Positions 14,384 to 27,989 of a stretch of DNA of 64,000 nucleotides are shown here, piece after piece. Below the pieces are notes generated by a model that saw nothing but the letters and a program-made list of their open reading frames with translations, was not told the origin of the DNA and ran no database searches. The position numbers and the translations under genes were made by a program. Numbering within the stretch: position 1 is the stretch's first letter; every line of letters starts with the position of its first letter. The stretch is from Paraspadella gotoi (Eukaryota; Animalia; Chaetognatha), in NCBI GenBank assembly GCA_051294375.1, contig CM119263.1, forward strand, positions 4,172,161 to 4,236,160, written 5' to 3'.

Positions 14384-14707
14384 AAAAGAATCCATGATAT
14401 AAACAAATTAAAAAGAATCCATGATATAAACAAATTAAAAAAAATCCATGATATAAACAAATTAAAAAGAATCCATGATATAAACAAATTAAAAAGAATC
14501 CATGATATAAACAAATTAAAAAGAATCCATATATAAACAAATTAAAAAGAATCCATGATATAAACAAATTAAAAAGAATCCATGATATGAACAAATTAAA
14601 AAGAATCCATGATATAAACAAATTAAAAAGAATCCATGATATAAACAAATTAAAAAGAATCCATGATATAAACAAATTAAAAAAAAATCCATGATATAAA
14701 CAAATTC
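14384..14707. repeat. 27-bp minisatellite, ~12 copies
   Basis: Unit AAAAGAATCCATGATATAAACAAATTA, nearly perfect. Confidence 0.95.
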
Positions 14708-17703
14708 CCAAAAATTAAAACCCAGAAAGCGTTTCTTCTCTCCCCCNNNNNNNNNNNNNNNNNNNNNNNNNNNNNNNNNNNNNNNNNNNNNNNNNNNNNN
14801 NNNNNNNNNNNNNNNNNNNNNNNNNNNNNNNNNNNNNNNNNNNNNNNNNNNNNNNNNNNNNNNNNNNNNNNNNNNNNNNNNNNNNNNNNNNNNNNNNNNN
14901 NNNNNNNNNNNNNNNNNNNNNNNNNNNNNNNNNNNNNNNNNNNNNNNNNNNNNNNNNNNNNNNNNNNNNNNNNNNNNNNNNNNNNNNNNNNNNNNNNNNN
15001 NNNNNNNNNNNNNNNNNNNNNNNNNNNNNNNNNNNNNNNNNNNNNNNNNNNNNNNNNNNNNNNNNNNNNNNNNNNNNNNNNNNNNNNNNNNNNNNNNNNN
15101 NNNNNNNNNNNNNNNNNNNNNNNNNNNNNNNNNNNNNNNNNNNNNNNNNNNNNNNNNNNNNNNNNCAATCTCCCTCTCGTTTTTTCCTCGCATCTCGTTG
15201 ACTTTATTTTTCCAAAATAAATTTCCCGTCGAGTTAACTCAATCAGATCCACTTCTTTCCATTTATCACGAAATTGGTTTTTCTTTCGAACTCAAAAAGC
15301 AGAAAAAGGATCTTGGTTGACGCGACGAAAAAAATGCCAGTCAATGCCACACAAAAATATACATTGCCATCTGTACGATTTGTTGGCGGTTGATTCGGTA
15401 CAAACAATAACAGAAAACAAGACTACATCTAATGTCAAAACAAATGTATATTAGACCTTGCCATATATGAAAAGTTTTGAAATCAAAAAACGAGTATTGT
15501 GTAAAAGGTGCCCATACATCATATAAATTTTTTGAACATTTTTTTTCAAAAAAAAATTTACAGTAAATGCTGCCAACTTTGAAAAACATGAAAAAAAAAG
15601 GTAAAAAATGGACTTTTTGCTAAATATCTTTAAAAGCTTTATTGCTAGAGGGACGAAACCCAAACTATCTTGTAGAGTGGAAAAAATGTACTATGTTACA
15701 TACCACGCATTATAAATTAAGTTAGTTTTTTACTAAGGAAAATTTTTTTTAAAACCTATTGTTTTGATCAATTTTTGATAAAATGTTTTAAAAATAATAT
15801 TTTTAACAATGTTCGTGAAATATTTTGTANNNNNNNNNNNNNNNNNNNNNNNNNNNNNNNNNNNNNNNNNNNNNNNNNNNNNNNNNNNNNNNNNNNNNNN
15901 NNNNNNNNNNNNNNNNNNNNNNNNNNNNNNNNNNNNNNNNNNNNNNNNNNNNNNNNNNNNNNNNNNNNNNNNNNNNNNNNNNNNNNNNNNNNNNNNNNNN
16001 NNNNNNNNNNNNNNNNNNNNNNNNNNNNNNNNNNNNNNNNNNNNNNNNNNNNNNNNNNNNNNNNNNNNNNNNNNNNNNNNNNNNNNNNNNNNNNNNNNNN
16101 NNNNNNNNNNNNNNNNNNNNNNNNNNNNNNNNNNNNNNNNNNNNNNNNNNNNNNNNNNNNNNNNNNNNNNNNNNNNNNNNNNNNNNNNNNNNNNNNNNNN
16201 NNNNNNNNNNNNNNNNNNNNNNNNNNNNNNNNNNNNNNNNNNNNNNNNNNNNNNNNNNNNNNNNNNNNNNNNNNNNNNNNNNNNNNNNNNNNNNNNNNNN
16301 NNNNNNNNNNNNNNNNNNNNNNNNNNNNNNNNNNNNNNNNNNNNNNNNNNNNNNNNNNNNNNNNNNNNNNNNNNNNNNNNNNNNNNNNNNNNNNNNNNNN
16401 NNNNNNNNNNNNNNNNNNNNNNNNNNNNNNNNNNNNNNNNNNNNNNNNNNNNNNNNNNNNNNNNNNNNNNNNNNNNNNNNNNNNNNNNNNNNNNNNNNNN
16501 NNNNNNNNNNNNNNNNNNNNNNNNNNNNNNNNNNNNNNNNNNNNNNNNNNNNNNNNNNNNNNNNNNNNNNNNNNNNNNNNNNNNNNNNNNNNNNNNNNNN
16601 NNNNNNNNNNNNNNNNNNNNNNNNNNNNNNNNNNNNNNNNNNNATGTATATGTACCTAAAGATAATATCTTCAGCTGAGATTGAGCTTACTTAGCGAAGA
16701 AAGTCATTTTTCATATGAGGATTATTTTTTTAACGTAATACATTAATCTTAGAAATAAAGTTTTTTTTCTACGCTGGTTAAACATTGTAAAAATGTTTCG
16801 GTAACCAAAGAAGGTACTACGTAAGTTCCATTGCAATTCCTAAAGTGATTATTTCTTTTTAAAATTTAATATCTCAATTTCATGGCAAAACAAATTAGTC
16901 TTTATCTTCCCAAACGATTTTTTGTTTTGTTTCTCTCTCATTTCGTCATTTGTTTTTTTTTTCCTTTTTCGTTGCTCTTTTTTTTTCCATTCTGACTCAT
17001 TTATTTTCTCTTCGCCAAAAATAAACTAAAAAAAAACATTGACGCGACTTAGTGAATAATAGTGGAAGGAAAACAGAAGAGGAGACTGAAAAGGGAAGGA
17101 AGAAAAAAGGGATGAAAAGAAGGAAAATGAAAAGGAAGGAAAAAGAAGGAAAAGGGAGAGAAGGAGGAAAGATAAAGGGAGAAAATGGAAAAAGAGAGAA
17201 CGGGGAAAAGGGGAAAAAGAAGAAAAAAGGAAAAGTGAGAAAAAGGAAAATAAAAATAGGGGAGAAAGAAAATTAAGAATAAAAAATTAAGAATAGGAAA
17301 TAGGAAAAGGAAAGGAGGAAAAAAGTAAACGAAGAAAAAGGAAAAAGAAGGAAAGAAAAAAAAGAATAACAAAAAGGATAACAAAAAAAGAAATAAAAGA
17401 AAACTAAAAGAGAAGAATAAAAACACCAAAAAAAATATATGTAGGAGAAGAGGAATTGAAAAAAAAAGAAAATATTAATATAACTAAATAGCTAAATTAG
17501 TGAATAACTAAACATCTCGATAATTAAATATCTAAATATCTGAATTTTCAAATAATTAGATAACTAAATGATTAAAATAAAACTTTCGTATTCGTTTCTT
17601 TCGTCGTCACAATGATCCACAAAGAGTGCGTCGGTGAAGTGAGAATCACTGAGACGGTGAAGACGAGATCAGTGAGATAGAGAAGTCTAAAAAATTGATT
17701 TGG

Positions 17704-17830
17704 TGACGTCACTACCTGTGATACGTCGATGTCGATAATGACGTCAAATGCACCGTTGACGTCACAAAAACCAATGACGTCACAAAACCAATGACGTTTC
17801 AAGCGTGAGGGCGTGATCTCGTGACGTCTC
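17704..17830. promoter_or_regulatory. Cluster of CRE palindromes (TGACGTCA x4)
   Basis: Perfect TGACGTCA at 17704, 17739, 17757 and 17775, plus TGACGT partial sites at 17792 and 17822. Confidence 0.4.
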
Positions 17831-19079
17831 ACAATCCCTCGACTTCACATGCGATATTCACGAGCGGTGACCCCCGCGGCGTTGAGGGTCAGGACTTGAC
17901 GCGGATTCACTCCGTGACCCAATGGAATCACGACCGAAGACGTGACCCGTTTTGTCTCTCGACGAGATTCGCTCACTTGACGATGCGATGAGGCGGTTGG
18001 GTTTCCAGAGTTCGGGACTGAGTCATGAGTGTTGAACAAAAGTATACTAATAAAGGTAACTTAAGGAAAGGTAACTTACATTATTTAAAAAAAATATACT
18101 ACCAATAATTATTATAATTATTTGATGAAAACTCTGTTTTTTTTTCAGTTTGTATTATTATTTTTTTTTTTTGCCATTTTTGAAAATTTTTCATAATTTT
18201 CAATTTTTTTTTGTCAATTTTTTTAAGAACTGCTAAAAACTGTTAGTTTTAAACAATACTGAAAATATGTATTTAGCAAAATATAATCAAAGACAACAGT
18301 TTTGACGAGAAAGAAAATGTAAAATCACTCTGAGCCGTCAACCAGCGAGTTTTAAATTTTTATGAAAAACTAAACATTGAGCCGTTAAGGGCTTCACAAA
18401 ATTGTGAAGGCGATGAACAAAGAGTCTTGTGCAATAAGATATCGCGTGAGGCAATGATGTAATTACATCAGAGAGCAAAATATGTTGAATCTAGACTCAT
18501 CTTTAAGAAAAAACAAAACCAACAACAATGACAGAGAAAAAAAAGCAAAAAAAAAAAAAAAACAACGACAACGACGACAACGACGACGACAACCTTTCGC
18601 CGTCGAAACAGAGAAGCCAAAGCCATCAAAAAGGACAAACAAGGACCGCGGCGGCTCAATTATTCAGGTGGCGACCGACCAGCGGAGACGACGACGATGA
18701 CGACGACGACAAAGATGACGAAGTCAACGACGAAGACAAAGATGACGAAGACAATAACGACAAAGACGCTGACTTTGACGACGACGACAAAGATGACAAG
18801 GACAAAGTCGACGGCGAAGATGACAACGAAGACGACGGCGTTGTCGATAACGACGACGATAACGACCACTAGCGTACGACAGACGAGAAATGAAGACGCG
18901 ACGACGAAGAAACAATCACGACGATACGACGACGAAGACGGACGACGACTAAGAGACGACCGACGAAAGTGCCTACTCTATTTAACACCTCTTTTACGAA
19001 AGTGACGAGAGGTTGGTCGAACGAAAGGATTGGCACAACCGAGGTTCGTAGGCAGAGTAACGAGGGATAATTAAAGAGA

Positions 19080-19123
<44 letters not shown>

Positions 19124-19130
19124 AGAGAGC

Positions 19131-19171
<41 letters not shown>

Positions 19172-21169
19172 GATTGAACGAAGATTCTCTCGACTTTTCA
19201 TTCGACACCTGAATTTCTGGCGAGCGACTTAATCCCTTTGCAAGTCTAAATCAACTTGAGACAATCTGACTCAAAACAAAATTGCAAAAAGACAGTTGCT
19301 CGCAAATGGAGCTGGATTTGGATTTGGATAAACTTTTAAACGATTTCTCGATTGTTCAATGTTCATCCGAACAATCGCGCATCTGATCCATCTTATTGTT
19401 AAAAACTTTTACCAATATTTTTAAAAAGAGTTTATTTTATTATAAAACATTTTGAATTAACTTCGTCTACAGTGACGACGACAACAACAACAACAACAGA
19501 TCCGAGCAGTTAGGCTTCAAAATGTCAGCCCTTTCGATCCTTCGTCGCGAAAGAGTCGCTCTGCCATATTAAATTCTATTTCATACGGAAAAAGAAACAA
19601 TTCGCTAACCGGAGGAAGAGAAATGTCTTTCGTCTGTTCATCGTTCAGTCTAATATAATAATATAATATAATTTAAATATAATATAATATAATATAATAT
19701 AATATAATTCTTCAGTTTTGTAGCCATAGACCGACTGTTGCCACAAATACTTGCTCCATAAAAGTTAAAAATAGTTAAAAATGATTATTTTAAATTCTTT
19801 TTTTTTTTAAATTTTCAAATCTAAACTAATATCGTCCCGGCTCGTCCGTGCCACGCGGGCTGACTTTGCCCCTCCCATTTAAATTTTGAGCCTTTCTCTC
19901 CCCTTTTCTGCTCCCGATCGCTTTATACGAGTTCGACCGCTTTTTTTCTCTCTTCGCGATATTAAAGGCATAAATTCGAATATAAAATCGATATATTCAA
20001 TCCCAGGCGTCGATACACGAGGATGGAAGGGGGAGGAGGAGGAGGAGGAGGAGGAGGAGAGTTGAGGAGGATTATGGGTTGAATATTAATTGAGTTGAAT
20101 ATTAATTATGAACTACGTACAACCAGTGAACACCATTTTTGCTGTAGGTTATATTTACTTAATTGCAGTCTTATAAAATCCTAACATTTCAAAATGGACT
20201 TCACATTATTTCGATTGCAGATTTGAATTTACTTTTCAGCTTAAAATTAGGTTTTTCTAAATTTTGACCAACTTAATAAAATAATTTTTAAAAAAGACTT
20301 TTATATGGGGAATCTAAATCTACAAAAAAAATAGAGCCTACTGCATAAATTTCAAAATTTATGATACAATTTTTGATACAACATTGTTCCTTAGTACAAT
20401 GCTGTTCATGTCTCACTTGTAGAATTTTAATTAAAGTTAAATTTAAAATTTTTTCCCGACGCTTTATGAATCGGATTGAGGGGGTCGGGGGGTTGAAAAG
20501 TTGGGTGGGTTGGGGGTTGGGGCGAAGAAGTTTCAAGGGGAAAAGGTATTTGGGGGTTTAGAGGGGTTAAAGAGTTTAGGAAGGCGTTTGCTGTTTGTGG
20601 GATGAAATTCACTAAAAGAGAACAGGTGATAATTTATCGAGTCTGCGGAGGAAAAATGAGGAAGAGGAAGAGGATTTGAATGACAGTGATGGCAGAGAGT
20701 GAGAAGATGGCAACGATGGCAGTGATACAGATTGATGCCATGTAAATGACATTATCGGTCAATCATTTAAGACGACGAATGTTGCCGTTGGGGATGTGAG
20801 GTTAAAAAATATGACAGACACACTGACTGACTGACAATGACACTCTGACTGGCTGACTGATTCTCACTGACAGTGATGACACGTTTCATCCTTCCTGTTA
20901 AATTTAAAACCACAAGGAAAGTGCCAAGTCCTAACTGTACAATATGCATAGCTCGTTCATTCTTCAAACGCAATTCCGTTTGAACTCAGTTTTAAGTCCA
21001 AAGCTCAAAGTTTAGAGTCCATATTCGTAAACTAAACTCAAAGAGTCCAAAGTCAAAATCTGTCCAAAATTCTGAGTCCGGAGTCCAATTTCCGATATGT
21101 GGACGGTTGATTTTTCGCACACAAATCGTGCAGCAAAAGAGAGAATGAAATCATGGGCTTCCAATATTA

Positions 21170-21231
21170 TGCATTTCCTTCCATGATTGCATTTCCTTCC
21201 ATGATTGCATTTCCTTCCATGATTGCATTTC
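21170..21231. repeat. 18-bp tandem repeat x3
   Basis: Unit TGCATTTCCTTCCATGAT. Confidence 0.85.
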
Positions 21232-22416
21232 GGCCTACGGGCTGGCGGACGACGGTCATGAAAATGGTAGAATACGACGACGATGACGACGACGAAGACG
21301 ACGAAGACGAAGAAGACGAAAACGAAGACGAGTACGAGGATCATTCCATCTCTTTCCCTGATCTCAAACACTTTGAATCGTCTGAACCAGAATCCATCAA
21401 TGACAACATCACGACAACATCGGTACAACCGCGATAGTTGACTTCATTGTCATCATCGTCGTCGTCTTTGTCATTTCTTATGACGTCGTCGTCGAATTCG
21501 TCATCGGTTTCGTCGTTTTCGTCGTCGTCGTCGTCGTTGATGTCAAAGGCGTCACGTGGTCTCGACTTNNNNNNNNNNNNNNNNNNNNNNNNNNNNNNNN
21601 NNNNNNNNNNNNNNNNNNNNNNNNNNNNNNNNNNNNNNNNNNNNNNNNNNNNNNNNNNNNNNNNNNNNNNNNNNNNNNNNNNNNNNNNNNNNNNNNNNNN
21701 NNNNNNNNNNNNNNNNNNNNNNNNNNNNNNNNNNNNNNNNNNNNNNNNNNNNNNNNNNNNNNNNNNNNNNNNNNNNNNNNNNNNNNNNNNNNNNNNNNAC
21801 CCTCGTTGCCATGAAAATGGGAATTTGCAGATTCCCGTGAACCTGAGACGAAAAACTAATCGAGTGGAATCGATGGAACCGGGAGAATCGGGTGCAGGGA
21901 GGTGCAGAGAGATGCAGGGAGGTGCAGGGAGGCTGGAAGGCAGAAGTAGGAGTGTCAGCTTCCATAGTTAAGTTTGGTTAAGGTTGACTGTTTTCGTTTT
22001 TTAAATTTTAAAAGTATTCAATTAAAATTTTTTTTTTCTGAAATAAAAGAAACAATTTGACAGTTAAAACGATAAAAATATAAAAAGATAAAACAATAAA
22101 ACGGTAAAAGAAACAATTTGACATTCAAACGATAAATTCAACAATTAAGGATCAATCGCAGACACTGGAAATTGGAAAAGTAATTAAAAATCGTTTCACT
22201 TGAAGTACTCACCTCTTACCCCTAGCCCCTGACCCCAAGACATATTACTCCCTTACCTTTTCACCTTTTACTCACTCTTTGAATAACCGTCTCTATCTCT
22301 CTCTCGTCGCGTGATACCCGGTTTCCATAGCAACGACATTTCGGGGGAAAATTTGCCTAACGACGAATACTCCGTGACGATGAGAGGAGAAAAAAAATCA
22401 CTTTTTGGAAAGAGTA

Positions 22417-22468
<52 letters not shown>

Positions 22469-22944
22469 ATCTCAACAAGAGAAAGTAAAAAGATTGAAAC
22501 GAGTGCAAAAATAGAAATAAGTCGTTGAAAAAAAAAAATAAATAGAATTAACAATGAAGCGAGCTTAAAAAAAGGTAAGAGCTTCGTAATTGGAAAAAAT
22601 GACCCGAGAGAGAGAGAGAGAGCGAATGCCCCGGGTAAACTTCTTTTGTGAAAGTGCTCTCATTTTGAGCTCTCCTTAGTCCTTACCCCCCACCTCACTT
22701 TATTGAGTCCCTTTCTCCTCCCCTTTGGCTGCACTTACCTTCCAGTTCTCTCCCCCTTCTCTCCCCGGCCTCGGCTAATGGCCATGACGTCAGTCTCTCT
22801 ACTCTCAACTTCCCTTGAAATCCTTCCTTCGATTGTTGAGAGTAACTCGCGATACTCGCGAAAAGGGAACAATAGAAATCGCATTAAAAGGATGGGAAGT
22901 TTTCTCCTCGAATGTTTCCTTTCTAAAGTTTATANNNNNNNNNN

Positions 22945-24484
22945 AAATGAATATAATCCCCAAGTCTTCGCCCTTTGTTTCGTGATCGGTAAATAATCGA
23001 GANNNNNNNNNNNNNNNNNNNNNNNNNNNNNNNNNNNNNNNNNNNNNNNNNNNNNNNNNNNNNNNNNNNNNNNNNNNNNNNNNNNNNNNNNNNNNNNNNN
23101 NNNNNNNNNNNNNNNNNNNNNNNNNNNNNNNNNNNNNNNNNNNNNNNNNNNNNNNNNNNNNNNNNNNNNNNNNNNNNNNNNTATGAGAAAAAGGTTTCCG
23201 ACGAACTAATATTTGTATTATTGTGGACAAAAATCCACTAAGCAGTAACCATTCATCAGCGGCCATTGGTGCCGGAGGCAAGTCTTTCGCCTCCCAACCC
23301 AAAGGTCCGGTGGTCGCCGAGCAGTTAAGAGGGACCGGGCGCTTAACCCGCATGTAACACGGTGTTACAGCCTGATCCAAAGTTCAGGTACTGCTTTTAT
23401 TAAACGGTTCTGTCACTAAATCATAACTGTATCGGTAGTATTTCATACCGCGTTACTCGTCCGAGAATCAGCAGCACCAATGGCGCCGGAGGTAGCACGA
23501 GCTCCTCCCAACCCAAATGACTCGGGTTCGCGCCCTGCTGATTCACACAAGTAAAAGCGGGACGTGGGGTCTAACTCGGCTACAGCCCCATCCCAAGTTC
23601 GGGACGTGATCGCGGCATCGTCTTCCACATAACAATAATTACTGTCTCTTCGGTGAATATATTGAAAGATTTTGTGACCTCGCGTCCGGTCATTTTTCCC
23701 TGGTCATTGAGTTGACCTTTTCAGACCAGTCTTTTCACCGTTTTAGTCGCTTTCTCGTAGCATACTTTTAGCCGAAAACCNNNNNNNNNNGAATGAATGA
23801 ATATAATCCCCTAGTCTTCGCCCTTTGTTTCGTGATCGGTAAATAAATCTTAAGCAATGGGATGACAAAAGCGACCACACGACAAGAAGTATGGAAAAAT
23901 TTTTAAAGGGCGTCTTTTTATTTATGAGAAAAAGGTTTCCGACGAACTAATATTTGTATTATAGTGGACAAAATTCCACTAACCAGTAACCATTCATCAG
24001 CGGCCATTGGTGCCGGAGGCAAGTCCTTCGCCTCCCAACCCAAAGGTCCGGTGGTCGCCGAGCAGTTAAGAGGGACCGGGCGCTTAACCCGCATGTAACA
24101 CGGTGTTACAGCCTGATCCAAAGCTCAGGTGCTGCTTTTATTAAACGGTTCTGTCACTAACACATAACTGTATCGGTAGTATTTCATACCCCGTTACTCG
24201 TCCGAGAATCAGCAGCACCTATGGCGCCGGAGGTAGCACGAGCTCCTCCCAACCCTAATGACTCGGGTTCGCGCCCTGCTAATTGACACAAGTAAAAGCG
24301 CGACGGGGGGTCTAACCCGGCTGCAGCCCCATCCCAATTAATTACTGTCTCTTCGGTATATATATTGAAAGATTTTGTGACCTCGAGTCCGGTCATTTTT
24401 TCCCTGGTCCTTTAGTTGACCTTTTCAGACCAGTCTTTTCACCGTCTAAGTCGCTTTCTCGAAGCCTTCTTTTAGCCGAAAACC
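22945..24484. repeat. Tandem pair of ~0.7-0.8-kb GC-richer units, each with an internal diverged ~230-bp repeat
   Basis: 22945-23780 and 23791-24484 are colinear (offset 741 at TATGAGAAAAAGG). Each contains two sub-units sharing ATCAGC..GG(C/T)GCCGGAGG..CCTCCCAACCC..CAGCC..ATCC.AA. Confidence 0.85.
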
Positions 24485-25042
24485 TCGTCACTTGTTATTC
24501 GATCATAATCGTTTCTCTGGAAAAGATCGGCTGTATGGAACCGGAGTTTTTACGGAATCCAAGGATTTTCCACACCAATTTATTATACGAAATTTATTTC
24601 TTCTTCAATGATAAACTTATGCACGATTTATTCACGATCTATTCGTCACTTATTCAACATTTACGTCATTCGAGATTTAGAAAACCTTGCTCCATGTTAA
24701 AGCCAGTTCAACCTACGGCCGACGAATCGAACGCGAGACCCACGAGGCATAGAAAATAATAAACAGTTTCTACATACATATATACGTCAAAAATATTTTC
24801 AAAATATACTTCAAACGGAGGACAAGATGTGTTTATCTTGTTTCAATTCGTCTTTGAAACAAACAAATAGAAATGATTTTAAATTCGAGGAAAAAAACAC
24901 TTGAAGTTTTCTGCTCGATTTTCTCTTCTGAAAAACAAAAAGGAAATTGGATTCTGATAAATCGAAGAAGAAGAAAAAGGAGAGACAAAGTTTTGTCTCT
25001 CGCTGAGATAATGATTCCTCCTTCTGTGCGTGGAGAGAGAGA

Positions 25043-25112
<70 letters not shown>

Positions 25113-25630
25113 AGAGTTAGGAGTTTGAAAATAATCATCCTGGAATTTATTTTCTTTTTTTTCTTTTTTTTCCCATATTTTTAATGAGAAAGTTTGGAAA
25201 AATGTTATTAAAGCGTTCTTTTATCCTCCTCTTGGTTTGATACTTACTCTACCTAATTTATAAACTCTTAATTTTTAAAAAATCCAAAGCATTTAATGTT
25301 TGTTTGTGACCAAATTAAAGACGTAATGTAAACAGCGAAACGTTTTGGTTTAAAGCGAAAACAACAAATTTTATGAATCCTTGATTCACGAGATTCGCCC
25401 CATTTTTTTTTTGTTTTGATCGTATCACATTTCAACTTCACCGACGAAGTGAAAAATTTGAAATATTTTCTCAATTCGTCGTTTTGGGTGAAAAAAGAAA
25501 AAAACGAGAGAGAAAATCGTCACTCAAAATCTCTCACTCGGAAAAAAAATTATCTTCCGCGAAACCAACTGTGACGAATTGTTAGTTTTATTTCGTTGGT
25601 TAAATAAATGGTTAATAAATAAACATTTTG

Positions 25631-25675
25631 CCACTCTCTTCGGAGGTGTGGGTTCGAATCATACCGCTGCCACCA
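25631..25675 (+). pseudogene. Reverse-transcribed 3' half of tRNA-Leu including CCA (extended PBS or tRNA retro-fragment)
   Basis: CCACTCTCTTCGGAGGTGTGGGTTCGAATCATACCGCTGCCA-CCA matches the variable arm, T arm and 3' acceptor of eukaryotic tRNA-Leu(AAG/TAG). The 5' half is absent and the CCA is encoded. Confidence 0.85.
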
Positions 25676-26789
25676 CATTGAAGGAAAAACTTATGGATAT
25701 CTAGGGTCGAAATCGAGATGAGATATATTTCTGATAATAAAGGTGACGGTGAGACACGCGCAGGAGTCTTGATCAATGCTACTTAAACTAGAACAAACTA
25801 AGTCTATTTATAACTAAGGAAGAGGATCGGCGATAAGAGTAGAATTTACAGTTCCAATGATTATGCAAGCTGATTTGTCGATTCCGGTTCTATGCTTGAC
25901 CAATCAGGAATCGGCGATCGCCCGAGTCTCCGATCCTATTTGCTTTTGGTGGCTTTTGGCAGCGATGATAGTAGGACCAATAGGGTAACCCGCTGACTTT
26001 GGAAGAGTTAAAAAGTTTCGTAAAAATATTTTGTCTAAATATAAAATATTTGAATGCTTCCATATTAATATTCATTTTCCTATTTCAATTTATCCCATTA
26101 TTCTGTTTTATTTTCCAATTTTTTTGTTCTTTTTCTGTTTTCTCTGTTTTCAAAGAAAAAATAGCGAAAAAATGTTTTCTCTCCCAAGAAGAAAATTCGG
26201 TAAAAACCGCAAAGTTACGCGTTTGTTCGAAGTAAACAAAAAAAAAGGAAGCGAGAGAAAAGTAAACAATAAACAAACAAAAGGGCAAAGTGCAACATTC
26301 TGAGTTGGGGAGTTTTGCTTGACCTTTCCTTTTTTTTTAGTTTATATTTTAAGAATTGTAGTAGGTCTCAGTACCACACTCAGTTGTAATATATCAACTC
26401 TTTTTATACATTCCAATTTATCGTCGAAAGAGTTCTGACAGCAGAAAATGGAAACGTTTGAAAAGAAATTTTTTATTTTCTGGAGTCTTAGAGTCGCGAA
26501 CGCCCTTGATGCACAGAAGCGAAAAGGAGGGAAAAAAGGAGGAAAGAAAAGTAAAAAAGGAGGAAAGAAAAGAGAAAAAAAATTGTTCGGAACAAAATTA
26601 ACTGTCGTTTGGAATACAATTAGGAAATTTTACCAACAATTTTCATTTTTTAAGGAAAGAAAAAGGAGAAAACTTAAGGAAAAAAAAAGTAACGAAATTA
26701 AATTTGAGACGAAAAAAAAAACCAAATTTTAAATTGAATCTGAGGATCAAACGAATATCGATATCTTGAAGGGGAGTGGGGGGGAAACA

Positions 26790-27320
26790 GAAAGAGGGGA
26801 TTAAAAGGAGGGAGAGGGGTTAAAAAATAGGGAGAGGGGATTGGGAGGAGGGAGAGGAGATAAAAAAGAGGGACAAGGGATTGAAAAGAGAAAGAGGGGA
26901 TTTAAAAGAGATAGAGGGGATTGAGAGGAGAGAGAGGGGATAAAAAATAGGGAGAGTGGATTGGAAATAGGGAGAGGGGATAAAATAGAGAGAGAGAGGA
27001 TTGAAAAGAGGAAGAGGGGATAGAAAAGAGGAAGAGGGAATTGAAAAGAGGAAAAGGGGATTTAAACAAGGAAGAGGAAATAGAAAATAGGAAGAGGGGA
27101 TTGAAAAGAGGAAGAGGGGATTGAAAATAAAAAGAGGGGATTGAAAAGAGGAAGAGGAGATTGAAAAAAGGAAGAGGGGATTTAAAAGAGAAAGAGGGGA
27201 TAGAAAAAAAAATAGGGATTGAAAAGAGGAAAAGGGAATTGAAAAGAGGAAGAGGGGATTGAAAAGAGGAAGAGGGGATTGAAAAGAGGAAGAGGGGATT
27301 GAAAACAAGGAGAGAGAGTT
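26790..27320. repeat. 20-bp purine-rich minisatellite, ~26 copies
   Basis: Unit TTGAAAAGAGGAAGAGGGGA with variants. Confidence 0.9.
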
Positions 27321-27989
27321 CAAAAAAGGGGTGAAGGAGAAAAAAAAGAGAATGGCGAAAGTAGGCGAAAACCAATTAAATTGAAGTGCGAATTGAAAAA
27401 TGTTACAAAAGTTCGAGGAAAAGAGGTAAGGGCGTTTTGATGTCGAAAAAGATGAGGTGAAGAAAACGAAGTACTCAAAGATAAGGAAAAGAAAGTGGAC
27501 CGGACAGAGGTAAGTAAGAAACTGGCGGCTTTGATTAAGTAAAAAATTAGAAAAAATATAATCGATTTAATTCTTTTTTTTTATTCTCAATTGACTCATT
27601 CGCCTATTTTCTCTCATTTTTTTTCCGCTGGATATTTTTCTCGTTATTTTTTTTTCATCCGATTTTCAAATTTTATGACTTTTTTTTTTCCAAAAAACCG
27701 ATAATTTTTTTTTGGAAACTTCATACTTTGTCGCGAGTGGATTTTTCTTTTTCTCCTTTTTACTTTTAGTTTTTTATTTTGTTTTGTTTTGTTTTTTATT
27801 TGTTTTTTTTTTAAATTATTTTTTTTCAATTCGTTTTGTATGACTAGATGACGACGATGATAACGACGATGACGATAGCGACGATATCGCCCTGCTCCGA
27901 TTGCTAAATTTAGAGAGAAAACAATATGTTTTTAAATTTAACTACAATTTTTTTGCGAATAAAATGTTTTTAAAAATTGTCAGTACAAG

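Noticed and set aside
14384-14707. CRISPR-like regular repeat
   Set aside because: The 27-bp units are head-to-tail with no unique spacers, there are no cas genes and the context is eukaryotic.
18528-19005. Asp-rich/Thr-rich ORFs (also at 1482-1740, 21153-21560, 33079-33492, 39149-39544)
   Set aside because: They derive from degenerate (GAC)n/(GTC)n trinucleotide repeats that are open in several frames on both strands, with no splice or domain support.
23940-24000. Hammerhead from minus-strand CTGATGA...GAAA
   Set aside because: CTGATGAA pairs with the TTCGTCGG just before GAAA, and no helix I/III or NUH cleavage site could be assembled.
25631-25675. Functional tRNA-Leu gene
   Set aside because: The 5' half (A box, D arm and anticodon) is missing, the T stem is mutated and CCA is encoded.
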